Shown: piece after piece, positions 20,280 through 32,232 of the stretch
Layout of the letters: each line of letters begins with the position of its first letter
How positions within the stretch are numbered: the first letter of the stretch is position 1
Source: Nitrospirota bacterium
GTDB taxonomy: Bacteria; Nitrospirota; UBA9217
Assembly (NCBI GenBank): GCA_963796285.1
Contig: CAWCKW010000012.1
Span: 1,408,001 to 1,472,000 of the forward strand
Direction: 5' to 3'
Length of the DNA stretch: 64,000 nt
Translations under genes and position numbers: made by a program
Notes under the pieces: model-generated
What the model was told of the DNA's origin: nothing
Databases searched by the model: none
The model's input: only the letters and a program-made list of their open reading frames with translations

Positions 20280-21372
20280 ATGATCATTGGCGTACCCAGG
20301 GAGATCAAGATCGAGGAATTCCGCGTAGGACTCACGCCCGTCGGCGCGCGGGAGCTGGCGCACGGCGGCCATACGGTCCTGGTGGAGACGGACGCCGGAG
20401 CAGGGAGCGGATTCCTCAATGATGCATACTGCAAGGCGGGCGCGGAAACCGTGCCAGAGGGAGACGGTCTTCAGTCGTGCGGAACTGATCGTAAAAGTGA
20501 AGGAACCCGTTTCGTCGGAATATCCCCTGCTTCGTGAAGGCGTCGCCCTCTTCACCTATCTCCACCTCGCGCCAAACCCGGAACTGACAAAGCTGCTGCT
20601 CGCCAAACAAGTGACCGGCCTCGCGTATGAAACCCTTGAACGCGATGGAAAACTCCCGCTCCTTGCCCCCATGAGCGAGATCGCCGGCAGAATGGCGCCG
20701 ATCATGGCCGCGTTCTATCTCCAGAAGTTCAAAGGCGGATCCGGCGTCCTCCCCACCGGTGTCTCCGGGGTGCGGCCGGGAAAGATCGTGATCCTGGGCG
20801 CTGGCGTGGTGGGGAGCAACGCTGCCCGGGTTGCGTATGGGGCTGGGGATGGAGACCGTTGTCATCAACAAGGACGCCGGCCGGCTGCAGAGGATCGACG
20901 AACTGTTCAAAGGCCGCGTAAGAACGCTGCCGATGACCACCCACGCAATCGAAGAGGAGATCGTCGATGCCGACATCATCGTCGGCGCGGTGCTCGTCCC
21001 CGGGGGCAGGACGCCGGTTTTGATCACGCGGGAAATGTTGGGTGCCATGAACAAGGGAGCTCGGTGATCGTGGACGTGTCCGTGGACCAGGGCGGGTGCG
21101 TCGAGACCTCGCACCCAACGACCCATGACGATCCCGTATTCGTCGTTGACGGCATCGTGCACTACTGCGTGGCCAACATGCCCGGCGCCTATCCGCGCAC
21201 GTCAACCCTGGCGCTCACGAACGCAACTCTTCCTTACGTCAAATTGCTGGCAACCAAAGGGATTGTTAATGCCATCGCGGAGAGTGCGGAGATACGAAGC
21301 AGCTTGAATACCTACCAGGGAAGAGTCACCAATAAGGCCCTCTCTGAGACAATGGGGATCAGGACGATGTAA
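20280..21372 (+). CDS. ald: Alanine dehydrogenase (frameshifted)
   Basis: [51 protein letters not shown]. Confidence 0.92.
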
Positions 21373-21519
21373 TATAACATGAACGTCTGTTATGTTGACA
21401 AAATGGGCAGACCCGCAATCACATACCGGTGTGCGATTAAAATGCTAAGAAATTCCGATTGAAACATGATAATTGCAGCAATTAAGTCACAGCACCGTTG
21501 TTAATGAGAGGATATGCCA

Positions 21520-21894
21520 TCACTTAATTGAGGCAACCTTCTTTTCGACCGCCGTCAGCAGGTCTACGACCTCATCGGAGATCGGTCCGATCTTCAGATA
21601 CTCGGCTTCGGCATCGGCGACCTTCCCCTGATTTTTAAGCGACACGATGCGCTTCACGGTATCGTGCAGATTGATATGCACCTTCTCCAGGGTCTTCATC
21701 TCCGGTATGGTCCCGCACTGGACGATCCCCTCGGCGTACATCCACTTGCCCAGGTCGCAGTCCTTGTGCGAGACGGCCTGCGCTTCGGTAAGGCCGCCCT
21801 TCCCTTCTAGAAAGTCCTTGAGCCTCGTCTTCCATGCCCGGTGCTTGATTTTAAAGGTCCTGAATGTCATTGCATTCATCGTTTCACCCTCCAA
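21520..21894 (-). CDS. Stand-alone CZB (chemoreceptor zinc-binding) protein
   Basis: HRAWK, SHKDCDLGKW, VHINLH. Confidence 0.85.
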   Translation of the reverse strand: MEGETMNAMTFRTFKIKHRAWKTRLKDFLEGKGGLTEAQAVSHKDCDLGKWMYAEGIVQCGTIPEMKTLEKVHINLHDTVKRIVSLKNQGKVADAEAEYLKIGPISDEVVDLLTAVEKKVASIK

Positions 21895-22132
21895 ATAATA
21901 AATATAATGGTTTTCTGGTTAATCACTGTATCATAAATCCGCGTCTTTCGAAAGATGTTTTTTATAAGTGGTAATGTTACAACTTCTCCAGGATATTCGA
22001 TATACAGGGAGCAAATCATTTAGTCTACAAACTATGATGGGCCGTTAATTTCAGATCATAGTCTTCCCTTTAGAAAAAAGCACCAATCCGGGCTAAAAAA
22101 AAGTCCTTACTTGCGATCCGGGTCAACCACGT

Positions 22133-23678
22133 TCATGTCAGCAGCAACTGGTTCTCCTTCGACCTGCTCTCCCCTACACTCGAAACAGTGATCGCGGGCT
22201 TGCCGAGCACAGGACACTTTGTTTCGCAGATACCGCAGCCGATGCAGAGCTCGAGGTCGACGCGGGGCTGCTGCAGCGTCAGGACCCTTCCCTTCCGGTC
22301 GCGCACCTGCGCCTTCTCGAACCACACGGCCTTCTTCGGCGTGGGGCAGACCTCTTCGCACATGATGCACGGGGTCGCATGCGCCCAGGGCAGGCACCTT
22401 CCCTTATCGATCATCGCGAGACCGAGTTTGACCTTGGCCTTTTCCTCGAGCGTAAGCTTTTTGATCGCGCCCGTGGGGCAGACCTGTCCGCAGAGCGTGC
22501 AGCGATATTCGCAATACCCAATGCGCGGAATGAGCATGGGAGACCAGATGCCTTCTAGCCCTGCCTCGAGGAGCGCGGGCTGAAGACCGTTCGTGGTGCA
22601 GACCTTCATGCACTCCCCGCACTTCACGCACCGTTTGAGAAATTCTTTTTCCTCGAGCGACCCCGGCGGCCGGATAAGCCCGGGATTCTGGGAATTCGTT
22701 TTGGCAAGCGGCGTGATACGCAGAAGCGGCACCGCGGCAACCCCACCCAACACCGACGCGATGACCCTTCTTCTGCCGAGGTCCATGCCTGCAGCAGCGT
22801 GTTTTGGTCCGAACCCGAAGCGCACTGCATTCTCCGGACAGATATCGTCGCAGTTCCAGCACATGAGACATTCCGTATCTCTCCAGTGCTCCCTGGTGTC
22901 GGGCTGGGCATTCCCCTGGCAAACGGTAGCGCACGCCCCGCAGGACGTACAACCTTCGCTCACCGACCGTTTGAGAAGTGAATAACGCGAAATGACCCCG
23001 AGGAACGCGCCGAGAGGGCAGAGGTACTTGCACCAGAACCGCTTTTCGATAAAATTGAGCCCGAGGACCACGAAGAAGAGCACCCCGATGAACACGCTCT
23101 GATTGTAAAACGGCTGCACGAACGTGAGCACGGTCTTCTTAAGAAAAGCATAAACAGGCTCGCTCAATGACAGCGATGCCGATGGGGTTCGCTGTGTAGA
23201 TAGTATCAAAAACAGACCGGACCGAGTAGTTGAACAAGGGGGAAACGCTCACCGAGAACGACCGTATCAGGAGCGAGAGCGGGTCCATGATCCCCACGGG
23301 CTGGAGCGTAAAGAGCGCCGACGCCAGGATGCCGATGAGCAGGTAGTATTTCACCCGATACCATTTCTCATACATTCCCACGGGACGCCTTCTCCTGATC
23401 GAGCCGACAATGTTGTTCAGCGTGCCGAGCGGACAGGCCCAGCCGCAGAATACCCTGCCAAAAAAGACCGTAATGATGATGGTGATGATGGAAAAGTAGA
23501 ATGCCTTGGCAACAGCATGGGCGGACAGGAGGGTTGAAACGAGGATAAGCGGGTCGAAATCGAGGAAAAGACGCACGGGATAGCCAAGCTCATCATTGCC
23601 CTTGGACTCGGTCTGGATGAACAGAAAGAGGAAAAAGAGCAGGAACAGCCCCTGGACAAGCCTGCGCATGTTCTTCAT
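22133..23678 (-). CDS. Membrane polyferredoxin (NapH/MauN plus MauM/NapG-like; frameshift near 23160)
   Basis: GRVFCGWACPLG, RFWCKYLCPLG, RPPG and multiple CxxCxxCxxxCP motifs. Confidence 0.85.
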
Positions 23679-23733
23679 AGTAAAGGATCGCATGATCTCT
23701 CGTGGCTCCGACGCTTTTCCTAACCACCTAACG

Positions 23734-23800
23734 AACCTCCCCTTAGAAAGAGAGGAAGTTTAAAACTCCCCACCCTTGTCAAAGAGGGGTTGGGGGAGGT
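23734..23800. repeat. REP-like palindromic element (ACCTCCCC...GGGGAGGT)
   Basis: Terminal inverted repeat with internal purine/pyrimidine hairpins. Confidence 0.55.
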
Positions 23801-23839
23801 CAATTATTACTCACCTGAGACAACTTATTGTATCCGCGG

Positions 23840-24742
23840 CTAAACCTGTAGGTTTTTAATATGCAGTTTGCTCAGATCCATCTGCCCGAGCCCGATTTTA
23901 TGACCGAGCGTCACGTACCCGAGGTCGCTCCCCTTCATGCCAAAGAGCGTGGCGCCATACGAGTCAATGGCCACCTGGTCCACACCGACGATGATCGTGT
24001 CGAGTTTCTTCACGTCAGCGAGACTGCCTCCCTGCGGCCCGTTCGCGGTAAGAATGCGTACCGCATCGAGGATCGTGAGGGTAGGTTTGATCTTCGTCGA
24101 GAGATCAACGAGGCTTTCATCCAGTTTCTGATGGATCTGGCGCCTTGATCCGCCCATCACCCCCATCCAGTTCTTCATGGACATGGTAAGTTTCGCAAGA
24201 CCGTGATGCTTCGCGATCGGGATGTTGATCACCTTGTCCGCTTCAAATATATCGGTATAGAGCGGCCATGACTTGAGGGCCTGTCCATTGATGGCCATGT
24301 CCTTGAACTTGCGGTCATCAACATAGTCCGCCTCCGCGCCCAGCGCGCTTACCGCCGGGGCGATCCCGCTCTGGACATAGCACCGCCGGGGATCGTTCAC
24401 CGGCCGGTCAAAGACCTTCACCTTCTTGGCCCCTGCTTCGAAGCAGAGCTTGACCACGGCCGCGACCACCTCGGGGTTCGTGTTCCCCGCCTGCTCCGGC
24501 GTCCGGTCCCAGCCGATGTTCGGCTTGATCACCACGATATCGCCGCGGGCGATGAACTTCCTGATGCCGCCCAAGGCGTCAAGGGCCGCCTTCACGATCT
24601 TCTCAGGAGAAGCGCCATGCGCCACGACAAGATCCGGCCTGGTCGATGATTCAACTGCCTCAGCGACACGATGTAAGCCCTGTGGCATTGATAATACAGC
24701 GCCGCTCAATGCCGCAAGTTTTATGAAAGTTCGTCTGTCCAT
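23840..24742 (-). CDS. Tat-exported DUF362 protein
   Basis: MDRRTFIK Tat motif; VVIKPNIGWDR, TNPEVV, AKHH, MKNWMG, DQVAID. Confidence 0.85.
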   Translation of the reverse strand: MDRRTFIKLAALSGAVLSMPQGLHRVAEAVESSTRPDLVVAHGASPEKIVKAALDALGGIRKFIARGDIVVIKPNIGWDRTPEQAGNTNPEVVAAVVKLCFEAGAKKVKVFDRPVNDPRRCYVQSGIAPAVSALGAEADYVDDRKFKDMAINGQALKSWPLYTDIFEADKVINIPIAKHHGLAKLTMSMKNWMGVMGGSRRQIHQKLDESLVDLSTKIKPTLTILDAVRILTANGPQGGSLADVKKLDTIIVGVDQVAIDSYGATLFGMKGSDLGYVTLGHKIGLGQMDLSKLHIKNLQV

Positions 24743-24748
24743 CGGTCA

Positions 24749-25060
24749 CCTCACCTTTCCCCACACGAGCGATGCGAACATGCCGCCGACACAGAAAGGA
24801 GCAAAGACGATGAATGCAAAATCCGGCAACATCAGGCCGGGATGACGGATCCAAGGTGGGTGTCCGGGTCAATGAACGTGAACAGGAACACGCCCACAGC
24901 AGAAAAACCCCATACCGATGGAAACAACGACCCTTGTTTCTATTTTATCAGAAAGTCCGCCGGTAAGCGGGGAAAAGAATGTCATCCACATAGACTGGGC
25001 GATCAGGACAATGCCCGCGTGCCGGGCCGAGTAACTTCTTAAACATAGTTGGATATTCAT
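24749..25060 (-). pseudogene. Remnant of an MFS (DHA2-like) transporter C-terminus
   Basis: AGIVLIAQS..FSPLTGGLSDKIETRVVVSIGMG and, in another frame, AFIVFAPFCVGGMFASLVWGKVR*; most of the gene is absent. Confidence 0.55.
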
Positions 25061-25073
25061 CGCAGTGAACATC

Positions 25074-25292
25074 CTACCTGAACTTATTGATGAGGTACAG
25101 GATCAGACTGATGATAATGCTGATGACGATGCTCGTGGCCAGGGGAAAGTAAAAGGTGAGATTTTCTTTTTTGATCAGGATGTCTCCTGGCAGCCTTCCC
25201 AAAAAAGGGAACCGCGGGAGGACCAGCATCACGAGGCCGATCACGATCAGGACAACCCCGATGATGATCATGACCCTGGCCAGCTCTCCCAT
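25074..25292 (-). CDS. DUF2905 family small membrane protein
   Basis: LGRLPGDI...FYFPLATSI. Confidence 0.85.
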   Translation of the reverse strand: MGELARVMIIIGVVLIVIGLVMLVLPRFPFLGRLPGDILIKKENLTFYFPLATSIVISIIISLILYLINKFR

Positions 25293-25302
25293 GGCAACGC
25301 TC

Positions 25303-26145
25303 CTACTCAGCGAAGAAGTCGAGTATTTTCCCGAGCACGACGCGCATCTCCCGCCGCGGCACGATCGCATCGATCATGCCATGCTCCTGGAGAAACTCGG
25401 CCCGCTGGAACCCTGCCGGAAGCTGCTGCTTGATCGTCTGCTCGATCACGCGGGGGCCGGCGAAGCCGATGAGGCTCTTCGGTTCTGCGATGATGATGTC
25501 GCCGAGCATGGCAAAACTTGCGGTGACCCCGCCGAAGGTCGGATCGGTCAGCACCGAGATGAAGGGAAGGCCGGCCTCGCCCAGCCGCGCCGCAGCAGCA
25601 GAGGTCTTCGCCATCTGCATGAGCGAAAGGATCCCTTCCTGCATTCGCGCGCCGCCTGATGACGCCACCGACACAAAAGGCGTCCTCTTCTCGATGGCCC
25701 GCTCGATGGCCCGTGCGATTTTCTCACCCACCACCGAGCCCATGCTGCCGCCCATGAAGTCGAAGTCCATGACCACGATCGACACGGGCTTTCCGCCGAT
25801 CTTTGCCTCGCCGGAGATGACCGCGTCCTTGAGCCCCGTCTTCTTGCGGCTGCTCTTCAGCTTGTCCTTGTAGTCCTTGAAGTTCAGGAAATCCTTGGGC
25901 GAAAGGCCGTCCTCCACTTCGACGAAACTGCCCTCGTCCACAAGGTAGGGGAGGCGCTCCGATGCCGAGATGCGAAAGTGGTAATCGCACTTGGGGCAGA
26001 CCTTGAAGTTCTTCTCAACCTCTTTGCGGTAGATGATTTCCTTGCAGTTGTCGCATTTGACCCAGAGCCCCTCGGGGATCTTCACCTTTTTGGGCGCTGC
26101 CTCCGGCGCGGCGCTCTCGGGTCGTTCTTTCTTAAACCAAGCCAT
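25303..26145 (-). CDS. accD: Acetyl-CoA carboxylase carboxyltransferase beta subunit
   Basis: GLWVKC Zn finger, [27 protein letters not shown]. Confidence 0.97.
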   Translation of the reverse strand: MAWFKKERPESAAPEAAPKKVKIPEGLWVKCDNCKEIIYRKEVEKNFKVCPKCDYHFRISASERLPYLVDEGSFVEVEDGLSPKDFLNFKDYKDKLKSSRKKTGLKDAVISGEAKIGGKPVSIVVMDFDFMGGSMGSVVGEKIARAIERAIEKRTPFVSVASSGGARMQEGILSLMQMAKTSAAAARLGEAGLPFISVLTDPTFGGVTASFAMLGDIIIAEPKSLIGFAGPRVIEQTIKQQLPAGFQRAEFLQEHGMIDAIVPRREMRVVLGKILDFFAE

Positions 26146-26232
26146 GACTCTCCTATGAAAACAATGTCAAATGACAAAACTCAACGTTCAAGCACTTCAT
26201 GTTAATATTTGGATGTCTAACATTGAGTTTGC

Positions 26233-27000
26233 TTAAAAATGATACGTCTTCCCTTCCTGCAATATCTTCACGTTCTTCCGTCCCAAGGCCTTTAATTCCC
26301 TGATCACCGCCTTTTCATGGAGCGGCTTTATATGGTAAATGTAGAGCGGCACGCCAGAATCGACCCGCGCCTTCTGGAGGTCCTGATGCAGCTTGTCCGG
26401 CGTGAAGTGGCCGCTCAGGCCGGCTACGATCTTCATGCTGTTGGGGAACGACGTGTCGACAATGATCGCGCTGAGGTTATTTGCTTTGGCCGCTTCCTTC
26501 CACAGTCCTTCGTTGGGGCCGGTGTCGGCGCTGTAGATGAATGACGACGTGCCGTCGCTCACGAGGAAACCGACGGCGGGGACCGGATGGTTCATGGGGA
26601 TCGCCTTTACCTTCAGCCCGGCGATGGTCACCGTCTTTCCGAGCAACAGCGGCGCATAGGTCAGCACCGGATTTTTGGCGGTCGGTATCCTGGTGAAATC
26701 CGGCCAGATGAGGCCATTCATCACGTGTTTTTTGATAGCGTCAAGTACCTTGGGGATCGACCGGATGTTCACCGGCTTTTTGATGCGGCCGACGATGTTG
26801 TCGGCCAGGAACAAAAGGGACTTGATATGATCGAGATGGGTATGGCTGATCAGGATGTCGGTGATCCTGCTCTGCGCATCGATGCCGAGCGCAGCGGTAA
26901 TGGTCCCCGCATCCAGCATCATGACATCGTTTACGAGCAAGCCCGGCGGATTATGTCCTCTTGCTTCGGATCCGGAGCAGCCCAGTATCTTTACCTTCAC
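26233..27000 (-). CDS. Class II 3',5'-cyclic nucleotide phosphodiesterase (MBL fold)
   Basis: VKILGCSG, LDAG, SHTHLDH, HPVP, ADTG, SFPN, HFTP; GTG start with GGAGGG RBS. Confidence 0.85.
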   Translation of the reverse strand: MKVKILGCSGSEARGHNPPGLLVNDVMMLDAGTITAALGIDAQSRITDILISHTHLDHIKSLLFLADNIVGRIKKPVNIRSIPKVLDAIKKHVMNGLIWPDFTRIPTAKNPVLTYAPLLLGKTVTIAGLKVKAIPMNHPVPAVGFLVSDGTSSFIYSADTGPNEGLWKEAAKANNLSAIIVDTSFPNSMKIVAGLSGHFTPDKLHQDLQKARVDSGVPLYIYHIKPLHEKAVIRELKALGRKNVKILQEGKTYHF

Positions 27001-27135
27001 GCACCCTCCCTGGTCCGACATATCCAAAATCCCAATTACCAAATCTCAAGCCCGCTCAAAAAAACGATCTCCGGAGTCTCATATTGAACTTTGATCATTG
27101 AAATTTACTCGGTACTTGAGATCTGGTGCATTGTA

Positions 27136-27270
27136 TCATCCTTTCAACCCTGCCAGATCATAGATAATCACTGGCCGCTATTTACCCTTGATGGCCACTG
27201 AACCAAGTTCGTTCACCGTTGTTATATTCTTCGCCTTACTGTAGGTAAATTCCGATATGATGTTACGATT
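27136..27270 (-). pseudogene. C-terminal remnant of a class III adenylate/guanylate cyclase
   Basis: Manual translation NIISEFTYSKAKNITTVNELGSVAIKGK*RPVIIYDLAGLKG*; in-frame TAG at 27178-27180. Confidence 0.6.
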
Positions 27271-27331
27271 ATTATAGCAGCCTCGGGACAACGTTGATAG
27301 TGTAATGCGTTATGACTCTCTTTCCATAGGA

Positions 27332-27404
27332 TGTCATTCCGAGAGCAGCCAGGAATCCTGTATTTCTTGGCCGTTACAAGACCCTTTCTTCGTTCAGGGT
27401 GACA
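27332..27404. repeat. REP-like element TGTCATTCCGAG...TCAGGGTGACA
   Basis: Terminal TGTCA/TGACA inverted repeat downstream of trpA. Confidence 0.55.
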
Positions 27405-27436
27405 GCATTAAGTCAAGAAGTGTTGGACTCACTATA

Positions 27437-28258
27437 CTAGCTTTGCCGTCCGCCCTGTCCTGCAAGCACTCCTTGCTTCAGGGATTTTACAAAAGTCACC
27501 GCATGGTGCACGAGTTCAGGGCTCCCGATGCTCTCCTCGATCACCTTCACGAGAGCGCTGCCCACGATCACCCCATCAGCGCCCCACATGGCCACCTGTG
27601 CCGCCTGATCGGGCGAGGAGATACCGAACCCGACGGAGACCGGCTTGTCCGTCACGGCCTTGATCCGCACAAGGGCGTCCTTGATGGAATTCTGGACAGC
27701 CAGTTTTGCACCGGTGACCCCGGTGAGCGATACATAATAAACAAAACCCTGGGATACCTTCGAGACAAGCTTGATCCGGCTGTCAGTGCTGGTCGGAGCG
27801 AGCAGGAAGATGGTATCAAGGCCGGCCTTCTTCGCGAGCGGCATCAGTGTCCCTGCTTCTTCGGGCGGAAGGTCCGGCAGGATGAGCCCGTCCAGGCCCG
27901 CTGCAACAGCGTCGTGAACAAAGCGTTCTTCCCCATATTTGAAGATCAGGTTGTAGTAGGTCATGAGAATGAGCGGGACCTTGCTCGTCTTCCGCACATC
28001 AGCCACCAGGCCGAGGACATCGGCGACGCTGGTGCGGTTCCTGAGCGACCGGATGGCGGCCTTCTGGATGGTGGGACCGTCAGCCAGGGGATCGGAGAAC
28101 GGCGCGCCGAGCTCGATGATGTCACAGCCCGCCTTTTCCATTTCGAGGATCAGGGTCTTTGTCGTGGCAAGGTCCGGGTCTCCCGCCATGATATACGGGA
28201 TGAGCGCGGTCTCGTTCTTTTTCTTCAACCGGTTGAATGTGTTTTTGATCCTGGACAT
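27437..28258 (-). CDS. trpA: Tryptophan synthase alpha chain
   Basis: ELGAPFSDPLADGPTIQ, YYVSLTGVTG, VGFGI. Confidence 0.97.
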   Translation of the reverse strand: MSRIKNTFNRLKKKNETALIPYIMAGDPDLATTKTLILEMEKAGCDIIELGAPFSDPLADGPTIQKAAIRSLRNRTSVADVLGLVADVRKTSKVPLILMTYYNLIFKYGEERFVHDAVAAGLDGLILPDLPPEEAGTLMPLAKKAGLDTIFLLAPTSTDSRIKLVSKVSQGFVYYVSLTGVTGAKLAVQNSIKDALVRIKAVTDKPVSVGFGISSPDQAAQVAMWGADGVIVGSALVKVIEESIGSPELVHHAVTFVKSLKQGVLAGQGGRQS

Positions 28259-28303
28259 AGGCCTCTACGTTTTAATTTTGAATATTGAATTTTGAATATG
28301 TCG

Positions 28304-29496
28304 TTACAGTTCCACACCCTTGATCTTGGCCACCTGCATCACGTCCTTGTCACCGCGGCCCGACAGGTTCACGATGATCACCTGGTCTTTTCGGAGCGTG
28401 GGGGCAAGTTTGAGGCAGTAGGCGACCGCATGGGCGCTCTCAAGCGCCGGAATGATGCCTTCAAGGCGTGCGAGCAGGTCAAAGGCCTCCATGGCCTCCT
28501 CATCGACGGCATAGGTGTACTCGATGCGGCCGGTGTCATGATAGAACGAATGCTCCGGCCCTATGGCCGCGTAATCAAGACCGGCGGAAACAGAATGGGT
28601 CATCTCGATCTGGCCATGCTCATCCTGGAGCACGAAGGTCTTGCAGCCCTGGAGAACGCCGAGGGAGCCGCCGGCAAAGCGTGCCGCGTGCTTGCCGCGC
28701 TCGATCCCGAGGCCGCCTGCCTCGACACCGTACATCTTTATAGAGGCATCTTCAAGAAACTCATGGAACAGGCCCATCGCGTTCGAACCGCCGCCGACGC
28801 ACGCTACGAGGGCGTCAGGAAGCCGGTTCTTCGAATTTCATTATCTGCTTCTTTGCCTCGCGGCCGATCACGGACTGAAAGTCGCGCACCATCATGGGAA
28901 AAGGATGGGGACCGTAGACCGTGCCGAGCACATAATGGGTAGTCGGCCACGTTCGTGATCCAGTCGCGCATGGCCTCGTTGATCGCGTCCTTCAGCGTCT
29001 TGCTGCCGCTGTCCACGGGCCGGACGACGGTCCCGAGGAGCTTCATGCGGAAGACGTTCAAGGACTGGCGCGCCACATCTTCAGTGCCCATATACACTTC
29101 GCAGTCAAGACCGAACATGGCGGCGGCCGTTGCCGTCGCCACGCCGTGCTGGCCTGCGCCGGTCTCGGCAACCACGCGGGTCTTGCCCATGCGCTTCGCG
29201 AGAAGGACCTGGGCAAGGGAGTTGTTGATCTTGTGCGCGCCGGTGTGGCAGAGGTCCTCGCGCTTGAGATAGACCTTCGCTCCGCCGAGATGCTCCGTCA
29301 GTCTCTTCGCAAAATAAAGCGGCGTGGGCCGGCCGATGAATTCCCGGTTATAGAACTCAAGCTCGGCCAGGAATGCCTTGTCCTTCTTTGCAGCAAGATA
29401 GGCCGTTTCGAGCTCGGCAAGCGCGGGCATCAGCGTTTCAGGCGCGAACTTCCCGCCGTAGATGCCGAAGTGTCCTTTTTTGTCCGGAATGCTCAT
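28304..29496 (-). CDS. trpB: Tryptophan synthase beta chain (frameshifts near 28800-28950)
   Basis: [40 protein letters not shown]. Confidence 0.95.
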
Positions 29497-30112
29497 GGCC
29501 GCGACGCCCTCCGGACCTCGGCAATGAACTTTTTGACCTTCGCATGGTCCTTTATCCCTTTTTCCTTTTCCACGCCGCCCGCGACATCTACGGCATAAGG
29601 CTGAACAAGCTTCACTGCCTCGGCCACGTTCTCGGGCGTGAGCCCGCCGGCAAGAATGATCTTGCCGAAAGTCTTTGCCACGACTGCGAGATGCCAGTCG
29701 AAGCTCACCCCTGTTCCGCCCCGCATTCCATCGCGGTAGCTGTCGAGCAGGAAGGCGCCGACACGGTAGTGTGCCATGGCCTTGAGGCTTTCCTTGTCCT
29801 TTATCTGGAACGCCTTGATCACGCGGCCTCCGAACCGCTGGCAGAACTCCGGACTTTCGTCGCCGTGGAACTGGATCGCCTGCATGCAGGTCATGTGCTG
29901 GATCTCCCGGATCCTGTCCTCGTGCTCGTTCACGAAAATGCCGACAGGCATGACAAAGGGCGGCAGTTGGACGATGATGTCAGCCGCCTTCTGGGGATCG
30001 ATATAGCGCGGGCTCTTCTTGTAAAAGTTAAAGCCCAGCGATCTGCCCCGCACTCCGTCGCGTCCAGCGCGTCGTCCAGATTGGTAATGCCGCAGATTTT
30101 TATTTTTATCAT
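29493..30112 (-). CDS. trpF: Phosphoribosylanthranilate isomerase (frameshift near 30040)
   Basis: [26 protein letters not shown]. Confidence 0.93.
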
Positions 30113-30127
30113 AGTTATACCCCTGTT

Positions 30128-30215
30128 TCTCGCAGAGGCGCAGAGAGCGCAAGTTTTGAATCCTGAATTATAAATCTTGAATTTCTTTCTTTGCGTTCTT
30201 TGCGTCCAAGCGTGA
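30128..30215. repeat. Palindromic element CGCAGAGGCGCAGAG...CTTTGCGTTCTTTGCG
   Basis: Inverted arms with a 9-nt period, between trpC and trpF. Confidence 0.65.
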
Positions 30216-30217
30216 AA

Positions 30218-30995
30218 TTATCTTTCCAAAAGTTCCTTCACTTTCTTTCCGATATCCTTCTCCCGCATCAGGCTCTCACCCACCAGGACCGCGTCCACAC
30301 CAGCCTGACTGGAGCTTCACCACGTCGTCCCGTGTCCTGATGCCGCTCTCGCTCACCACCATACGGTCATCGGGAATGTCGTTCAGAAGATCAAGCGTCG
30401 TTTGCAGGCTCACCGTGAAGGTCGTCAGGTCCCGGTTGTTGATCCCCACGAGCGTTGCCCCCGCCCGCAAGGACCTGTCCAGTTCCTTGTAGGTATGCGA
30501 CTCGACCAGCACATCGAGGCCGAGTTGGTGTGCGATCGCGAGATAGTCCTCGATCTGCTGTTTCTCCAGGCACGCCGCGATCAGCAGAATGGCGTCCGCT
30601 CCGGCAGCCCGCGCCTCATGGATCTGATACTCGTCGATGATAAAATCCTTGCGCAGGAGCGGAAGCTTGACGGCCTTCCTGATCAGACCCAGATACTCGA
30701 GCTTGCCCTGAAAGAACTTGCTTCTCCGTCAGGACCGAGAGGCACGATGCGCCGGACTCCTCATAGATCTGTGCGATCTTGACCGGATCAAATTCTCGCG
30801 GATCACGCCTTTCGACGGTGATGCCTTCTTTACCTCGGCGATCAGCCGGATATCACCCGGGCCAATAAGCGATTTGCCGAATCCCCGGGCCGGTTCCGCA
30901 TGTGATGCCTTTGTCTTGATGTCAGGAAACGGCACTTGACGTTTCGTCTCCGCCAGTTCCTCTTTTTTATTTGCGATAATCGCGTCTAAAATCAT
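30218..30995 (-). CDS. trpC: Indole-3-glycerol-phosphate synthase (frameshifted)
   Basis: IAEVKKASPSKG, LRKDF, GINNRDL, SESGI. Confidence 0.93.
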
Positions 30996-31053
30996 AGGCA
31001 ATGCTTTTTACGAGATGTTCCTCGACCCCTGACCCTGCGTCTTGATTTTGATT

Positions 31054-32067
31054 CTAGGGCTTATTCGTAAACGCCTTCAATTGTTCCACTTTCTTCAACG
31101 CAGCACCGGAATCTATCGATGCCGCCGCTAGCCTGAGGCCTTCCTTGAAATCCATCGCCTTGCCCGAAGCAACGAGTCCTGCCGCGGCATTCAGCAGTGT
31201 TACATCGCGGCGAGAGCCTTTCTGACCATTCAATACTTCAAGGGTGATGGCGGCATTCTCTTTTGCATCCCCTCCCCTGAGATCTTCGGCCTTTCCGACG
31301 GGCAGGCCGAAATCCGATGGATGGATGAAGTAGTCCTTCACCTTCCCGTCCTTGAACTCCGAAACCCCGGTCTTGTCCGTGATCGTGATCTCGTCCAGCC
31401 CATCCATTCCGTGCACAACAAAAGCATGCGTGGCGCCGAGATTGCCGAGCACCTGAGCAAGAGGAGCCGTCAAAGCCGCCGCATACACCCCCATGATCTG
31501 CGACGTCACCATCGCCGGGTTGGTGAGCGGGCCAAGGACATTGAAAATGGTGCGGATGCCGATCTCCCGGCGCGGGCCGATCGCGTACTTCATGGCCTGG
31601 TGCATCAGGGGCGCGAACAGAAAGGCGATGCCCACCTCTTTCAGGCACTCTTCCACGCGATGTGACGGGATCTCGATATTGACTCCCAGGGCCTGGAGCA
31701 CATCGGCGCTGCCGCTCTTGCTCGAGACCGAACGGTTCCCGTGCTTGGCAACCGTAACACCCGCGCCGGCGACCACGAAGGCGACCGTTGTCGAAATATT
31801 GAACGTATGCGCCATGTCGCCGCCCGTGCCGCAGGTATCGACATGATATTTGGCATCCAGTTTGATCGGCACGGCCTTCTCGCGCATGACCCGCGCGGAG
31901 CCGGTGATCTCTTCAACGGTCTCGCCCTTCATGCGGAGCGCGGTGATGTAGGACGCGATCTGGGCGTCCGTGGCCTCGCCCTGCATGATCTCGCGCATCA
32001 CGGCCTCAGCCTCGGCCTCGGTGAGGTTTGCTTTCGTGACGACCTTTGCGATAGCTTCTTTGATCAT
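31054..32067 (-). CDS. trpD: Anthranilate phosphoribosyltransferase
   Basis: [21 protein letters not shown]. Confidence 0.97.
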   Translation of the reverse strand: MIKEAIAKVVTKANLTEAEAEAVMREIMQGEATDAQIASYITALRMKGETVEEITGSARVMREKAVPIKLDAKYHVDTCGTGGDMAHTFNISTTVAFVVAGAGVTVAKHGNRSVSSKSGSADVLQALGVNIEIPSHRVEECLKEVGIAFLFAPLMHQAMKYAIGPRREIGIRTIFNVLGPLTNPAMVTSQIMGVYAAALTAPLAQVLGNLGATHAFVVHGMDGLDEITITDKTGVSEFKDGKVKDYFIHPSDFGLPVGKAEDLRGGDAKENAAITLEVLNGQKGSRRDVTLLNAAAGLVASGKAMDFKEGLRLAAASIDSGAALKKVEQLKAFTNKP

Positions 32068-32232
32068 AACGGTTCCTTAACCACAGAGGCCACAGAGAAA
32101 GTCGTTATCAAGATCAGAATTTCTCTTGTAACGCGACTTCATTAAAATCACTTATCCGTGTCTATCCGCCTGTGCCCGGCGTTTACGAGTGGTACCGCAA
32201 GTGCAGGGTATGTCCATCCATGGTTGATAACA

